Shown piece by piece: positions 51,406-64,000 of a DNA stretch of 64,000 nt (positions within the stretch are counted from its first letter, which is position 1; each line of letters starts with the position of its first letter). Source of the DNA: Callorhinchus milii (Eukaryota); NCBI RefSeq assembly GCF_018977255.1, contig NW_024704743.1:1674001-1738000 (forward strand), given 5' to 3'. The notes beneath the pieces are model-generated. The model ran no database searches. It saw only the letters and a program-made list of their open reading frames with translations, and was not told the DNA's origin. A program made the translations under genes and the position numbers.

Positions 51406-52902
51406 GAGTGCCCTGGATTACTGTGGACCCACCTGGCACAGGTTAACTCAGTTTACCTGTGCGCAATTGGCTGCCGCGTTTCTCCCGCAAAATATATATG
51501 CAGTCAATTCACTTTACAGTGCATCAAATGCCATTATTATTATTATTATTATTACCCGCGTTGAAAATTGCAACGTAAAATCGAGTCCTCTCCTTTCCGT
51601 GGCACAATGGACTGAAACCTCTGCTCGTTTACAACACTTGAGTTTCCAACCGAGCGAAGGCAAAGACAGGATAAATATTTTTTTCGAATCTAAAGCTGTG
51701 ACGGTAAAAGCGGTATTGTAAAAGCTCAGCAGAGAGACGGCATCTGGCTTTTGGGGTCGTTCGAGTGAGTTGTTCCGTAAAAATTCTTCGACGTTTTAAT
51801 AAAAAAAAAACGTCGCTAAACTGCGCGTCTTGAGTGTTATTTTGATGTATGATTCCCTTTTAATTAAGGATAAACATGAGTGGAGTCTATTATGTTGAAA
51901 AACGATGGCTGTGCTGATATTCTGCAACGGAGGGTGAGGAGGGTGGGGGGGTGGGGGGGGAGTGTAATTTTTTATAAACTGTGTTCACAGAGCACGGACC
52001 GCGGTGTTGTTTATGTGTTGATATTGTCGTTGAAAAGCAATTTCAAACCAAACTGGCTGCTTTGCATTTCCAGTCTGACTTTCAGCGCAGGCACACGCGT
52101 GTTATCAGCGCAGGTTTGTTCGCGTGTAAAGGAGAGAGGGCAGCGGTGAAAAGTAAATCCGCTTCCGCAGAAAGGAAAACACAGCGGCGACACTTTGAGC
52201 TCGGTGCGTGACGGTTTCTCGTTGTTTTCTGTGTCTTTTTTGCTGTTGTGCCCCAATTACCGATGAAAAAAGCCGGTCAACCTCGACGGAAACGGGCAGA
52301 CCGTCGTGGCCGTTCGTCTGACGTTAGTTGATTGCTCTCGTTTTGGTTTCCCCCTCAGTGACCCTCTCTCACCCACCAGGACGCTGCACTCGTGTCTAGT
52401 TTGTCCCTGCACGAGATGAGCAGGACCACTGACGTGCGACGCGTGGCTGAGATAGCCTTACGAACGCGTGCGCTCTCGGAGCTACTCCAGGTGGCGGCTT
52501 TGACCCCAGGACACACGGTTTGCCCTAACAAACGGCTTTGATCTCGCGGGTCAGTCCTTTTAACCGCAGCTTTTTAAACCGTGTTAATAAACTGTGTAAC
52601 CCGTTAAATAATAATCCTTGCCTTTCACCTTGAGAAAGAGTATCTCCGTGTCAGCCCGGCTCAGTGGGTAGCGCTCTCTCTCTCTCTGTTTAGCACAGGG
52701 CCTTGGGACGGACTCGCGACGTGAAAGGCGCTATACAAATGTAATTTTGTTGTTGTTGTTGTTGATCTCTGTTGTCTGTGGGGGACGCCGCTGTGCGCAA
52801 TTGGCTGCCGCGCTTGGCCCACAAAGTACACAGCCACTACACTTTACAGTGTATCCTGTGAAGCGCTTTGAGACGTCTCGAAGACGCTGCATCAATGCAA
52901 GG

Positions 52903-52946
<44 letters not shown>

Positions 52947-53417
52947 GTCAGCTCTCTTTGACCATGATTTCAATCATCTTTCCCCATCTCCCAGGTGCCC
53001 AGCTGGCTTTGCCAAGTAATTTGGGACATCCTCCCGATGTGAAAGGTGCCCCCAGTATATAAATACATACATTGTGTGCCTGACATTTGCCCTGTGCCGG
53101 GTACATATATATTATTCCGGTAACTTTGCAGTGAGCCGTTTTGCGCTGCCAGTGAACAGTTGGACCGAATGAAGGGCTGCCGGGTTTCACCCACAAAACA
53201 CACAGTCAACTCACTTTGCCGTCTCGTTCTCGCGAAGCGCTTTGAGACACGTCCCGAGGACGTGATAAGCTGCTGCGTCCAGTGCAAGGATTGATTACTA
53301 TTACACGGTTGGGCTGTTGACAAGCAATTTGCAAACCGTCCTCAAACTACAAACCACATTGCGATAGCGTAGCTTTGAAAACCGTGTCTCCGACTACTAA
53401 ATCGGACGTAAATGGGT

Positions 53418-53830
53418 GTCAGCCCGGCTCAGTTGGTGGCGCATTCTCTCTCTCTCTCACCTCTGAGTCAGAAGGTTATGGGTTCAACCCCCACCCCACC
53501 CACCCCCCCCACACAACGTCAGGACTTGGAACTCGAATGGTCTTGAACCAGCTCTTTTAAGAAGATGTCTGGAAAGACAGTCAGGTCGCTGTGAGATATT
53601 TTGTTCTACAAGGGAACCAGGTTTCTCTCTCCCGGTCTCCCGGCTAAAAAATTCCCCCGAGTAAAATTTGGCCCACGGCTGTTTTGGGGGGGCGGGGGGG
53701 GAGGGTGTGGGGGTGTGGGGACACACTGCTGTGCTCAACTAGGCCTCCGCATTTCTACCGCAAGGTATACACCTTACAGGGGACGTCTCGATGACGTGAT
53801 ACGGCGCTCTATCAGGCGCAAGGCTTGTTA
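53418..53830 (+). mobile_element. Family B DeuSINE-like element
   Basis: Head GTCAGCCCGGCTCAGTTGG...GAGTCAGAAGGTTATGGGTTCAA and decayed tail. Confidence 0.65.
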
Positions 53831-54272
53831 TTTATTGATGATTATTTGCACGTAAGGGTTGTTAGCCGCACGTTGTTAAAACTTCACACCAACTTCACAG
53901 CGCGTCGGCTGCAGACTCTGTGCTAACCCGCGGCGTGGATTCTGCGTCGAATTGCTGTCCTTCCAGGATTCAGCCGGAGCAAATTCAGCCACTTTACTGC
54001 CAGTGCTCCGAACCTTCATATGAATGAACTCGAGTCCGCTGTTGATTACCAAAGCCGTCCCCCACGGCAACATCTGAAGTCTTCACAAATCCGGTCACGC
54101 CGTGCGCTAACCCGAACTTTCAGCAGCCAGATCCGTCATTAATTATGCCCTCGCTGCCAAATGACACAGAATAATATATCAGAGCGTATCATTTCCCCGT
54201 TGTAGATGTCTTCAGTCCCAACGATAGCTGAGTCTGGCTAACTCAGCTCCGTTCTTTTGCGTTCCCCACTGT

Positions 54273-54539
54273 GGAGTCCTGTAGCTCAGCGATTAGAGCA
54301 GTCAGTAGGTTGTTAGTCGATTGGCGGATCGCTTTGCTGGATAATAATAATAATAATAATAATAATAACCCGCGGCTGTTTGTGGGGACGCTGCTGTGCG
54401 CAATCGGCTGCCGCGTTTCGCCCACAAAATACACAGTCAATTCACTTGACAGCGTATCCTGTGAAGCGCTTTGAGACGTCTCGAAGACGTGATCAGGCGC
54501 TGTGTCAAATGCCGGGATTGTTATCATTATTATTATTAT
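54273..54539 (+). mobile_element. Family A SINE with internal deletion
   Basis: A box joined directly to the body; intact tail. Confidence 0.8.
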
Positions 54540-57494
54540 CTTCCAATTTGATTATCTTTGGAATAAGTGCACATTTGGCTCACTTGGGAAGTGGGTTCAA
54601 GCCCCATGTTCGAACCTGAGCTGATGGACACTCTGGCAATCCCCCTCTCCCCCTCCCCCCCCAAAAAACTGCACTGTTGTAAGAGTCGAGGGGGTGGGGG
54701 AGAGTGGGGGAAAGATGACTCCAAGTGCAGTTGGAGGTGGGTGAGGCGGGGAGGTGGGGGGGGTGAGGGGGCAGGGGATGGGGAGAGAGAGAGAGAGCAT
54801 CAGATAACCGGCGATCAAGGATATCCCGGCGATCAAGACCTCACAAAGAGATTTTTGGGGCTTCGTGAGTTATTTGCGGGTTCCTCGAGTCATCAAAAAA
54901 AAAAAGGGGGTCATTTGGCACGTTTCGCCCGAACCCACGAAAGAAGAACTAAACCACTTTGATTATTTTGAACCGGAGCCAAGGAAACCCGATGAAAGAA
55001 CGGGTTTAATTAGATGAAAATGAATCGGAGTACACCAAATACCAGGGCTGATCAATGTCCGGCAGCGCGCTGTATAATTGCACAGCGCCTTACGCGAACG
55101 CTTAAGATTTATGAGATGACATAAAGTCTTTCTTCCTTCCTGAAATAATTCACTTCCAACTTTCTAATCACACGGGAACCAGACACCTTTCGAAGGACGT
55201 TTTTTTCCTTCTGTTATCGAAAGGAAGTATTCGTAGGAGCCCTGGGGCTCGGCGGGTAGAGCCCTCGCCTCGCCTCGCCAGCGAGAGAGAGAGACCTGGG
55301 GTTCGATCCCCGGCAGGGGGCCAAACGTTGGGCAAGTTTCCTCGCTCCACGCGCCGGATAAGAATCCCTCAAGAAAACGAAGCAGTAATAATTTGGTTAC
55401 TTCGAATTCACGACTGTGCGTGGGACGCTGCTGTGCGCAATTGGCTGCCGCCAATATTCTGACATGTTCGACTCCCCCCCCCCCCCCCTCGTTTAAAACC
55501 TGCCTCAAGATGTAGTAATAATTTCTCTCGCCCCCCCCCCCCAAACCCCCCCCTCAGCTCCACCATCGGTGGCCGGGCTTTCAGCCACTACCCCCCCCCC
55601 CACCACCCAAAACTCTTTCCCTCAATCCCTCCGCCTTCCCCCCCCCCACCCTTCTCCTTCTCCATTTTCAGATCGTGTCTTAAGACCTTCGTCTCCGGCG
55701 GTGCTTCTGGTCACCTCCTCCCTCCCCTCCGCCACAGTTAAGCGCCAGCCTGAGTGAAAGGGGAAATAAATACAAGTTGTTGTTGTCTCATCCGGAGAAT
55801 AGCATCTCCAACAACACTACAGCTCCTCGGCCCCCCCCCCCACCACACACGCGCACACACAATACTGCGATGGAGCGCCAGCCTAAACCCTCAGGCTATC
55901 TTTGCCTGAGAAGGTTTGCATTTCAGGAGCAGGGAGATGGAGAGAGGGAGCGAGAGAGAGGAGAGAGAGAGAGAGAGAGAGAGAGAAGTGGAGAAATAAA
56001 CAAATGTTATACCTTCAGCTTATCTCCCGAGATTAACCCGCAGTTTACCAGTGTGTCGATGGCCTGAAAACCCAACAAAAATGCCACCAATATCCTAAAG
56101 GGGGCACTTTAGTTACACCACTTGGCAAGCAGGAATGGTGACCAAGTCATGGAGTCTGTAGAGAGTGGGTTTGGGGTTGGGGGGGGGGTGGGTAGGGAGG
56201 GGTGTCTTGCTCACAGACCAGAGAGTAACTCGATTCAAGATCTATTCATACATCAACACACGGGTTAGCTGGGAGGAGCCAGGCGTGGCCTTATTAACGA
56301 GCCAGTGTTTCCAAACAACAACAACTTGTATTTATACAGCGCTCTTCACGCAAGATAGCGTCCCGGAGCGCTTAAAACAGGGAGGCAAAGGGGCTGTGCT
56401 CTTCCGAGATCTACACAAGCATCGATGCATTGCATTTACTGCGCACACATACTATTGCACCTTTTTAAAATGTCATTTGGTTCCAACGTGCACGATGATA
56501 ATAATAATATTAATAATAATAATAGCGATAGCACAATGCAATCAGCCTCAGCGCGTCTGACAAACTATTGGATACCAATTTCTTTTTAAACTGTTTTACA
56601 TACAATGATAAGAATAACATTTGATATCTTTGCATTTGACGCAGCGCCTTATCACGTCTTCGAGACGTCTCAAAGCGCTTCACAGGATAGACTGTATAAG
56701 TAAAGTGGAGTGACTGTGTGTTTTGTGGGCGAAATGCGGCAGCCGATTGCTTTCAAACCACCGGGAACTGAAACTCTGGATCTCCCGGCCTTCCCCCCCC
56801 CCCCCCCCCCCCCCTCGCCTTCTCTCTCCCCCTCTCTCTCTCTCTCTCCCTAACTCGGTATCAAACTCCGCCACTGTTATGCGCTCCGAATCGCTACCCC
56901 ACTTGAAGGACGTAATATAAATTCGAGCTGATGTTGTTGTGGTTGTTATGGTGGCCGGGGGTAATTTGGAGCGGGGGCTGTGTGTGTGTGTGTGCGTGTG
57001 CGTGTGTGTGTGTGTGTGCGTGTGTGTGTGTGTGTGTGTGCGCGTGTGCGTATGATGTACTCAACAGCCAGTGGCGTGCTGCTGCACTGTGAGTTAATAA
57101 GGCAGAAACGAGAATATAATTGAAATCGTCTGTACCGTCCCTCATTAGTTTTATGTAATTACTGCCTCTGGTTCCTCCTCTGATCACTTCAGCATTTCTC
57201 TCTCTCTCTTTTTTTTATTTTGCACAGACCCCAGTTAATAAACTTATTTTCCAAACTTACTTCCTTTCAGTCTATGTGACGATTAACTTGTCAGCCAACT
57301 TTTAAGAGACAGCGAAATATTTGTATTGATCAGCGATTGAGGGAGAGATTGAGGGAGAGAGAGAGAGAGAAGAGAGGGAGAGAGATTGAGAACGAGAGAG
57401 ATTGGGATTGAGAGAGAGAGAGAGAGAGAGGGAGAGGATACAAAGCTTCGCCTCTTTATTCTCCTTCACTGATGTTGGAGAATTTCTATACATT

Positions 57495-57625
57495 TGGGGA
57501 GGACAAGTTTGCAGGGCTATAGGGAGAGAGTGGGACTAACTTTCCCCACTGCCTTTCAAAGAGCAGGCGTGGACAGGATGGGCCGAATGGCCTCCTTCCG
57601 CGCTGTGTAATTCTATGATTCTATT
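57495..57625 (+). mobile_element. CR1 3'UTR fragment
   Basis: GAGGACAAGTTTGCAGGGCTATAGGGAGAG...GGGCCGAATGGCCTCCTTC...ATTCTATGATTCTAT. Confidence 0.75.
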
Positions 57626-57811
57626 TCGCCGAGTGACGGATTGACCCATCGACTCCTTCTTAATGTGACCCGACAGCCTGAACAGGCACTCTGTGATCTC
57701 TTATTCCCTTTTTCTTTTTTCAATCCTTCATTTCTCCTCCTCCTTCCTTCCTTCCTCAAAGAGAGGATCTTGTCAATATGAATGGGGAGAGATTCCGTTT
57801 TAACGCCTTGC

Positions 57812-58200
57812 GGAGCCCCTGGAGCTCAGGGGGTTGGAGCACTCGCCTCGCGAGCGAGAGGACCCGGGTTCGGTTCCGTTGGGCAAGTTTCACGCTCACT
57901 CCACGCACACGCACACACACACACACACGCACACGCGCACACGCGCCTCTGTTTACCGGCAGTCAGTAGGACCCCGGTTGTTAGTCGACTGACGGGTCAC
58001 TTCTCCCGGGGGAATAATCCCGGCAAAACGAATAAAAAGTCACTCAACCCACGCGGCTGTTTGTGGGGAACGCTGCTGCGCGCAATCGGCTGCCGCGATC
58101 CCCCCCCCCACAAATTATCCGGTCAACTCACTTTACGGCGTACCCCCGTGAAGCGCTTTGAGACGTCTTCGGCGCCGTGCCAAATGCCGGGATTGTTATT
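57812..58200 (+). mobile_element. Family A SINE
   Basis: Head, (CA)n, body, tail. Confidence 0.85.
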
Positions 58201-58554
58201 GCCGCATTGGTGCTGTTGAGGCGGGATTCGGGAACGTCTGGGATTTCCTGTCCTACCTTGAAAGAAAGTGGAGAACAACAGCAACAACAGCAGCAGCTTG
58301 AAATTACATGAACACGATAGCGTTCTCAGGGGTAGCGTCGCAGAGCGCTTGACAGTGGAGGAGTCTGACATCAAGGCGGGGGCGGCGGGGGCTGGGGGGG
58401 GGGGTGTGGAGAGAAGGAGGGGGTTAAGAGGGACTGAAATGCTACACAAGTAATTAAAAAAAATAAAACTACTCCCCGGTGGAATTTTTATAATCCGCGC
58501 AGATCAGCGTCAATGTACCCGTGTTTATAAAGGGTGAAACTCGGCTGCACGCTG

Positions 58555-58701
58555 CGGGCTTTAGCTGTTAGACCCCAGCGGTCACCCCCAACGCACACGC
58601 CGGGCATCCACCACCTCCACCTCCACCTCAAGCCTCGGCTCTCTCCAACCTGCGCCTAATACTCTCCGGAATTAGGTAAGCAGAGCGCGTCCGCCCAGGG
58701 G

Positions 58702-58734
<33 letters not shown>

Positions 58735-58858
58735 TGTGTGTTCCATTCCGACAATCTATCTCTGCGATTCCCACGTGTCGTTGGGAGGTCTGGAATTCTC
58801 AATCGGGGTTCGGAGACTCTTAAGCGACGGTGACGGGTTTCCGTGTGTGTCAGACACT
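58555..58858. repeat. Family C repeat
   Basis: Colinear with 25385-25688, same GTGTGTCAGACAC end. Confidence 0.75.
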
Positions 58859-59211
58859 CTCGTGTGAAATTCCACTGTGTTGATCTGTGTTTAAATGCAG
58901 TGTGTGTGTTTATTTTTATTTTGTGTGCACCCACACTGTGAAATTCCACCTCTGAGTGTGTTTAAAATAGTTGTGTGTGTGTTTTGTGTGTTTGTGTACA
59001 GTGGGGGTGTATTTAAACGCGATGGGGTTTGGGGGGTTTGCGTATACGGGCGGGTGAGTGTGTGCGTACAGTACCACACGTTCACACACACATACATACA
59101 CACACACTCACATATATACACCTCTCGCATACACACACACACGCATACACTCACCCACACATACACTCACCCACACACACATATATATATATATACACAC
59201 ACATATACACT

Positions 59212-59244
<33 letters not shown>

Positions 59245-59804
59245 CCACACACACACACACACACACGCACACACTTATTACACAATCTAAGCACTTGCAA
59301 TGCCTCCTGTGGCGACGGTGTGGATCTCAAACTAAATTAATGCAACCATAGAAACGTAACGTGTGTCTCATAGTAACGGGCAGCGGGTTATTTATTACAC
59401 GCGCACACGCACACGCACACGCACACGCGCGCACACACTGGGCTCTGGTACTCGAGGCGTCTTTCATTCCCACCTGTCAAGGCTCTCTGTTAAAACAACA
59501 ACAAAAAAAAAAGCACCTGTCTCTCGCTCACCCTCCCTGCCGGCTCTTTACACACAGACACGCCAGCAGGAGAGGGACGGAGGGTTCAAATGGGTGATAA
59601 TGTATATTACACACACGCACTGTGTATTACACACACGCACTGTGTATTACACACACACACTGTGTGTTACACACTGTATTACACACACACACTGTGTGTT
59701 ACACACTGTATTACACCACTGTATATTACATAAGCTGTATATTACGCAAACACACAGTGGATCGCACGCAGTGGATCGCGCACACACACCACTGTACATC
59801 GCGC

Positions 59805-60210
59805 GCACGGTACATCACATACACCCACGCACAGTACATTACACGCACCCACACACACGGTACATTACATGCACCCACACACACGGTACATTACATGCAC
59901 CCACACACACGGTACATTACATGCACCCACACACACGGTACATTACACGCACTCACACACACGGTACATTACACGCATCCACACACAGTACATTACACGC
60001 ATCCGCACACGATACATTACACGCACCCACGCACACGCTACATTACACGCACCCACACACACGGTACATTACACGCACACACACACACGGTACATTACAC
60101 GCACACACACACACATCCACACACACGGGACATTACACTCCACCCCACACACACACACCCACACACACGTATATTACACACACGTACATACACACACAGT
60201 ACATTACACC
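59805..60210 (+). repeat. ~26-bp minisatellite ACACACACGGTACATTACAYGCACCC
   Basis: GGTACATTAC recurs at ~26 bp spacing. Confidence 0.9.
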
Positions 60211-60762
60211 CCCCCAAACACACACACACACGCACCACCCACACCCCACACACCCCTCCCCACACCCCCACACCCTTCCCACCCCACCCCTCGCCACACA
60301 CCCCACACCCTTCCCACACCCCACACCCTTCCCACCCCACCCACACACCCCACACCCCTCCCACACCCCTCCCCACACACCCCACACCTCTCCCCACACC
60401 CCTCCCACACACCCCACACCCCTCCCCACACACCCCACACCTCTCCCACACCCCTCCCCACACACCCCCACACCCCTCCCACACACCCACACCCTCCCAC
60501 ACCCCTCCCACACACCCCACACCTCTCCCCACACCCCCCCACACCCCCCCACACCCTCACCCACACCCCACACCCCCCCACACCCCTCCCACACACCCCA
60601 CACCTCTCCCCACACCCCCCACACCCCTCCCCACACACCCCACACCCTCCCCTCACACCACCCCTCCCACAACCCCCCCAACCCTCCCCACAACCCCCCA
60701 AATCCCTCCCCAACCCCTCCCCACAACCCCCCACCCCCCCCCTCCCCCCCACACACACACAG
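60211..60762 (+). repeat. C/A-rich low-complexity tract (CCCACA/CCCTC)
   Basis: Read directly. Confidence 0.9.
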
Positions 60763-60948
60763 ATCAATGTCAACCATCCGCTCAGATTGTGTAAAAGTCC
60801 ATTTACAGAGAGGGATTATATATATTTTCTCTCCGGAGGGGAATGAGGGACATCAGTCATTCACAACTCGACACGGATTACCCCACAGTGTGGCCGCTCT
60901 CCCGGGGGGGGGGGGGGGGGGGGTCCGGGCATTGGCGGAACCTGTTTG

Positions 60949-62472
60949 GAGAGAGGGGTAGAGAGAGAGAGAGGGGGTAGAGAGAGAGGGGGTTAGAGAG
61001 AGAGAGAGGGGGTTAGAGAGAGAGAGAGGGGGTTAGAGAGAGAGAGAGGGGGTTAGAGAGAGAGAGGGGGTTAGAGAGAGAGGGGGGGTTAGAGAGAGAG
61101 AGGGGGTTAGAGAGAGAGAGGGGGTAGAGAGAGAGAGGGGGGGTAGAGAGAGAGTGGGGTAGAGAGAGAGAGAGGGGCAGAGAGAGGGGGGAGTGGAGAG
61201 AGAGAGAGGGGTAGAGAGAGAGAGTGGGGGAGAGAGAGAGGGGGCGTAGAGAGAGGGGGGGGGTAGAGAGAGAGGGGGGGGTAGAGAGAGAGAGGGGGGT
61301 AGAGAGAGAGAGGGGTAGAGAGAGGGGGGGGGTAGAGAGAGAGGGGGGGGTAGAGAGAGAGGAGGGGGTAGAGAGAGAGAGGGGTAGAGAGAGAGAGGGG
61401 CGTAGAGAGAGGGGGGGGGGTAGAGAGAGAGAGGGGTAGAGAGAGAGAGAGAGAGAGAGGGGTAGAGAGAGAGAGGGGTAGAGAGAGAGAGAGAGACACA
61501 CACAGATACAGAGAGAGACACAGAGAGACTGAGACACAGAGACTGAGATACAGAGAGACTGAGATACAGAGAGAGACAGAGACAGAGACACACAGAGAGG
61601 TGCAGAGAGACTGAGATACAGAGAGAAACACAGAGAGAGACACAGAGAGAGAGAGACACACACATATACAGAGAGACACACACACAGATACAGAGAGAGA
61701 GACAGAGATACAGAGAGAGGTGCAGAGAGACTGAGATACAGAGAGACACACAGAGAGATACAGAGAGAGAGAGAGACACACACACACACAGCGACACAAG
61801 AGATTCTGAGGGAGATACAGAGAGATAGAGAGACAGACACATACACACAGAGACAGAGACAGAGAGAGACACAGAGAGGTGCAGAGAGACTGAGATACAG
61901 AGACACACACACACACACACACACAGAGATACAGAGAAGGAGACACACACACACACACAGAGATACAGAGAGAGAGACACACACAGATACAGAGAGAGAC
62001 ACACACACACACACAGAGATACAGAGAGAGAGACACACACAGAGATACACAGAGAGAGACACACACAGATACAGAGAGAGATACACACACACACACACAC
62101 ACACACAGAGATACAGAGAGAGAGACACACACAGAGATACACAGAGAGAGACACACACAGATACAGAGAGAGATACAGACACACACACAGCGACACGAGA
62201 GTCTGAGAGAGATACAGAGAGATAGAGAGACAGACACATACACTCACAAATAGATGGACTGAGAGAAACACAGAGAGAGAGATACACACAGAGAGAGACT
62301 GAGACAGAGAGAGACTGAGACAGAGAGAGACTGAGATAGAGAGAGAGACTGAGACAGAGAGAGACTGAGATAGAGAGAGAGACTGAGACAGAGAGAGACT
62401 GAGACAGAGAGAGAAAGATACAGAGAAAGAGAGAGACAGACAACACACACACTCACACACACATATATATAT
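60949..62472 (+). repeat. Compound (GA)nGGGGT(T)A then (GA)/(CA)/GATACA field
   Basis: Read directly. Confidence 0.95.
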
Positions 62473-62667
62473 AGAGGAAGGTACCACAGGCAACTCATCC
62501 GGCAACGAGGTTTGCTCTCTCTCTCCTCCTCCCTCCCTCCCTCTCTCCCTCTCCCTCCCTCCCTCCCTCTCTCCCTCTCCCTCCCTCCCTCCCTCCCTCT
62601 CTCCCTCTCCCTCCCTCTGACACCAGTGGATGTTTGTTGGCTCTGAGGCTCAGGAACCTGCCCCAGA
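62470..62667 (+). promoter_or_regulatory. Putative TSS/5'UTR region of the DPP6K-type exon
   Basis: Unique segment, CT-rich tract and ~50 unique bp directly upstream of the ATG; positional inference only. Confidence 0.5.
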
Positions 62668-62718
62668 ATGAAGAAGCAATCCATGATCAAAACGGCCACA
62701 ATGCAAGGCAACGTGATG
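62668..62718 (+). CDS. DPP6: Alternative first coding exon of DPP6, DPP6K type (MKKQSMIKTATMQGNVM)
   Basis: ATG at 62668, 17 open codons, phase-0 donor ATG|GTAAGT at 62719. Matches my recollection of mammalian DPP6K MKEKAMIKTAKMQGNVM (13/17). Confidence 0.9.
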
Positions 62719-63077
62719 GTAAGTGAGCAAACCAGTGTTCGGCAGAGAACCAGCCCTGAACCCCAGTCAGTCAGTCAGTCACTACACTCCAGTCCAGTCC
62801 AGTCCGGGGGTTTAAAGAGTGTTTGGGCTTTAACAGGGAGTCTGGTCAACCTGGACCAGGATACCTCAACAGGATCCCTCCCTCTCTTCCCTCCCCCCCC
62901 CCCCCCCCTCCCCCTCCCCTCCTCCTTACTGCTACTACTCCCCCCACCCCCCCCCCCCCACCACACCCCCACCACCCCCAAACTTAACTAAAATAAACTT
63001 CTGCGTAGAAATCCATAAGTTTTCTGTGCATTTCAATGCTTCCAAGAGTTTCAGGTTTCCATTTGCAATGGATGTGC

Positions 63078-63212
63078 TTGTCGTTGCTGTCGTCGTTGTC
63101 GTTGCTGTCGTTGTTGTTGTCGTCGTTGTCGTTGTTGTCGTCGTCGTCGTTATCGTTGTTGTCGTTGCTGTCGTCGTTGTCGTCGTTGTCGTTGTTGTGG
63201 TGGTGGTGGTGT
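63078..63212 (+). repeat. (GTT/GTC)n trinucleotide tract
   Basis: Read directly. Confidence 0.9.
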
Positions 63213-63837
63213 GTTTTGGGGGGAAGTGAAGGGGTTGAGGGAGGGAGGGGGGGAGGGAGGGAGGGGGGGGAACAGGGGGTTCGTTTTCAAGTGGTAACCC
63301 ATTTTTTTGTGGGAAGAGGGAGTCAAATGTGTGGCTTTTGAACTGCATTTGGGGCGACAGTTCAACCTCCATCCAATCCAATGCGAAGGGCAAACTTGGG
63401 TTGGTTTCTGGTTGTGTCAGATGCTGTTTCCTATTCCAAGGAGCTGTTTGAATTTATTCCTGAGTGAATCTCCTCCCCCCCCCCCTGTTATTTATTCCTG
63501 CTTTTATTTGCTGACCAGAGAGAGAAAGACAGAGACAGAGACATCTGGAAAAGGATTTGAAGAGTAATGATCAGATGCTTTTGTTGCTGTTCACATATGA
63601 TGGTTGATGTTGCCCTCTCATTTCTTTCTCAGCCGGAAAGACACTATGGGGGTGTGAGGGGGTGTGAGATTTGGAGATAAGATAGGTATGAGGCTTTCTT
63701 GCGAGGTGGGGGCGCGGTGTTGGGGGAGGGGTTGATTAAGGATTAAGGGGAGGATGGACTTGAATGGATGGTCTGACATTGCGGGGTTTTTTTTTGGGGG
63801 GTGGGGGGAAGAGGGGATCAGCCGGGGTGGGGGGGTG

Positions 63838-63981
63838 ACTGACACACGCGGAAATTCATCACCATTGCTTAAGAGTCTCCAAACCCAACTGAGAATTCCA
63901 GGCCTCCCAACGACACCTGGAAGTTCCCCGACACAGATTGTTGGAATGGAATACACACTCTCTCGCTCTCTCCCTCTGGAG
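63838..63981. repeat. Family C repeat, terminal part
   Basis: CTGACACACG...CTTAAGAGTCTCCAAACCCAACTGAGAATTCC. Confidence 0.75.
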
Positions 63982-64000
63982 TGACGCTCCCCCCCCCCCC

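Noticed and set aside
60985..61112. Interstitial telomeric repeat (GGGGTTAG; also CTAACCC at 33.4-33.6 kb)
   Set aside because: No tandem (TTAGGG)n; the motif is incidental within other repeat units.
59363..62505. ORFs of 325-532 aa rich in H/T/P or S/L/C/V
   Set aside because: Simple-repeat artefacts.
62935..63393. Poly-Thr / poly-Val ORFs
   Set aside because: Product of the intronic (GTT/GTC)n tract.
36780..64000. DPP6 exon 2, other first exons, or a REST/RE1 site
   Set aside because: No ELVGSNPPQRNWK-like or L/S-type peptide seen; no full TTCAGCACCNNGGACAG match seen by eye (not an exhaustive scan).

Overview
Vertebrate genomic DNA with a repeat content typical of cartilaginous fish (inferred from Deu-domain SINEs, L2/CR1 debris and shark-type Penelope-like repeats; species not determinable). 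The window is mostly non-coding. The only protein-coding sequence I can support is two tiny phase-0 alternative first exons on the + strand of DPP6, the Kv4 A-type K+ channel auxiliary subunit: a DPP6a/DPP6-E-type exon (36720-36779, MNQTAGVSNNVKCSSVKGVK) and a DPP6K-type exon (62668-62718, MKKQSMIKTATMQGNVM), each followed by GTAAGT. The first ~33 kb is upstream/intergenic and the rest is the first intron of the upstream isoform; the common exon 2 is not in the window. Each first exon is preceded by a ~3 kb compound simple-repeat field. The remainder is dense in a young tRNA-Ala-headed SINE, an older DeuSINE/SacSINE1-like family, L2 and CR1 fragments, an unclassified ~450-550 bp repeat, two decayed hammerhead-bearing Penelope-like repeats and several minisatellites. 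All long ORFs in the supplied track are low-complexity artefacts. I found no convincing wholly novel biological system. Gene and repeat-family names come from recalled sequences and need BLAST/Dfam confirmation; repeat boundaries are approximate.
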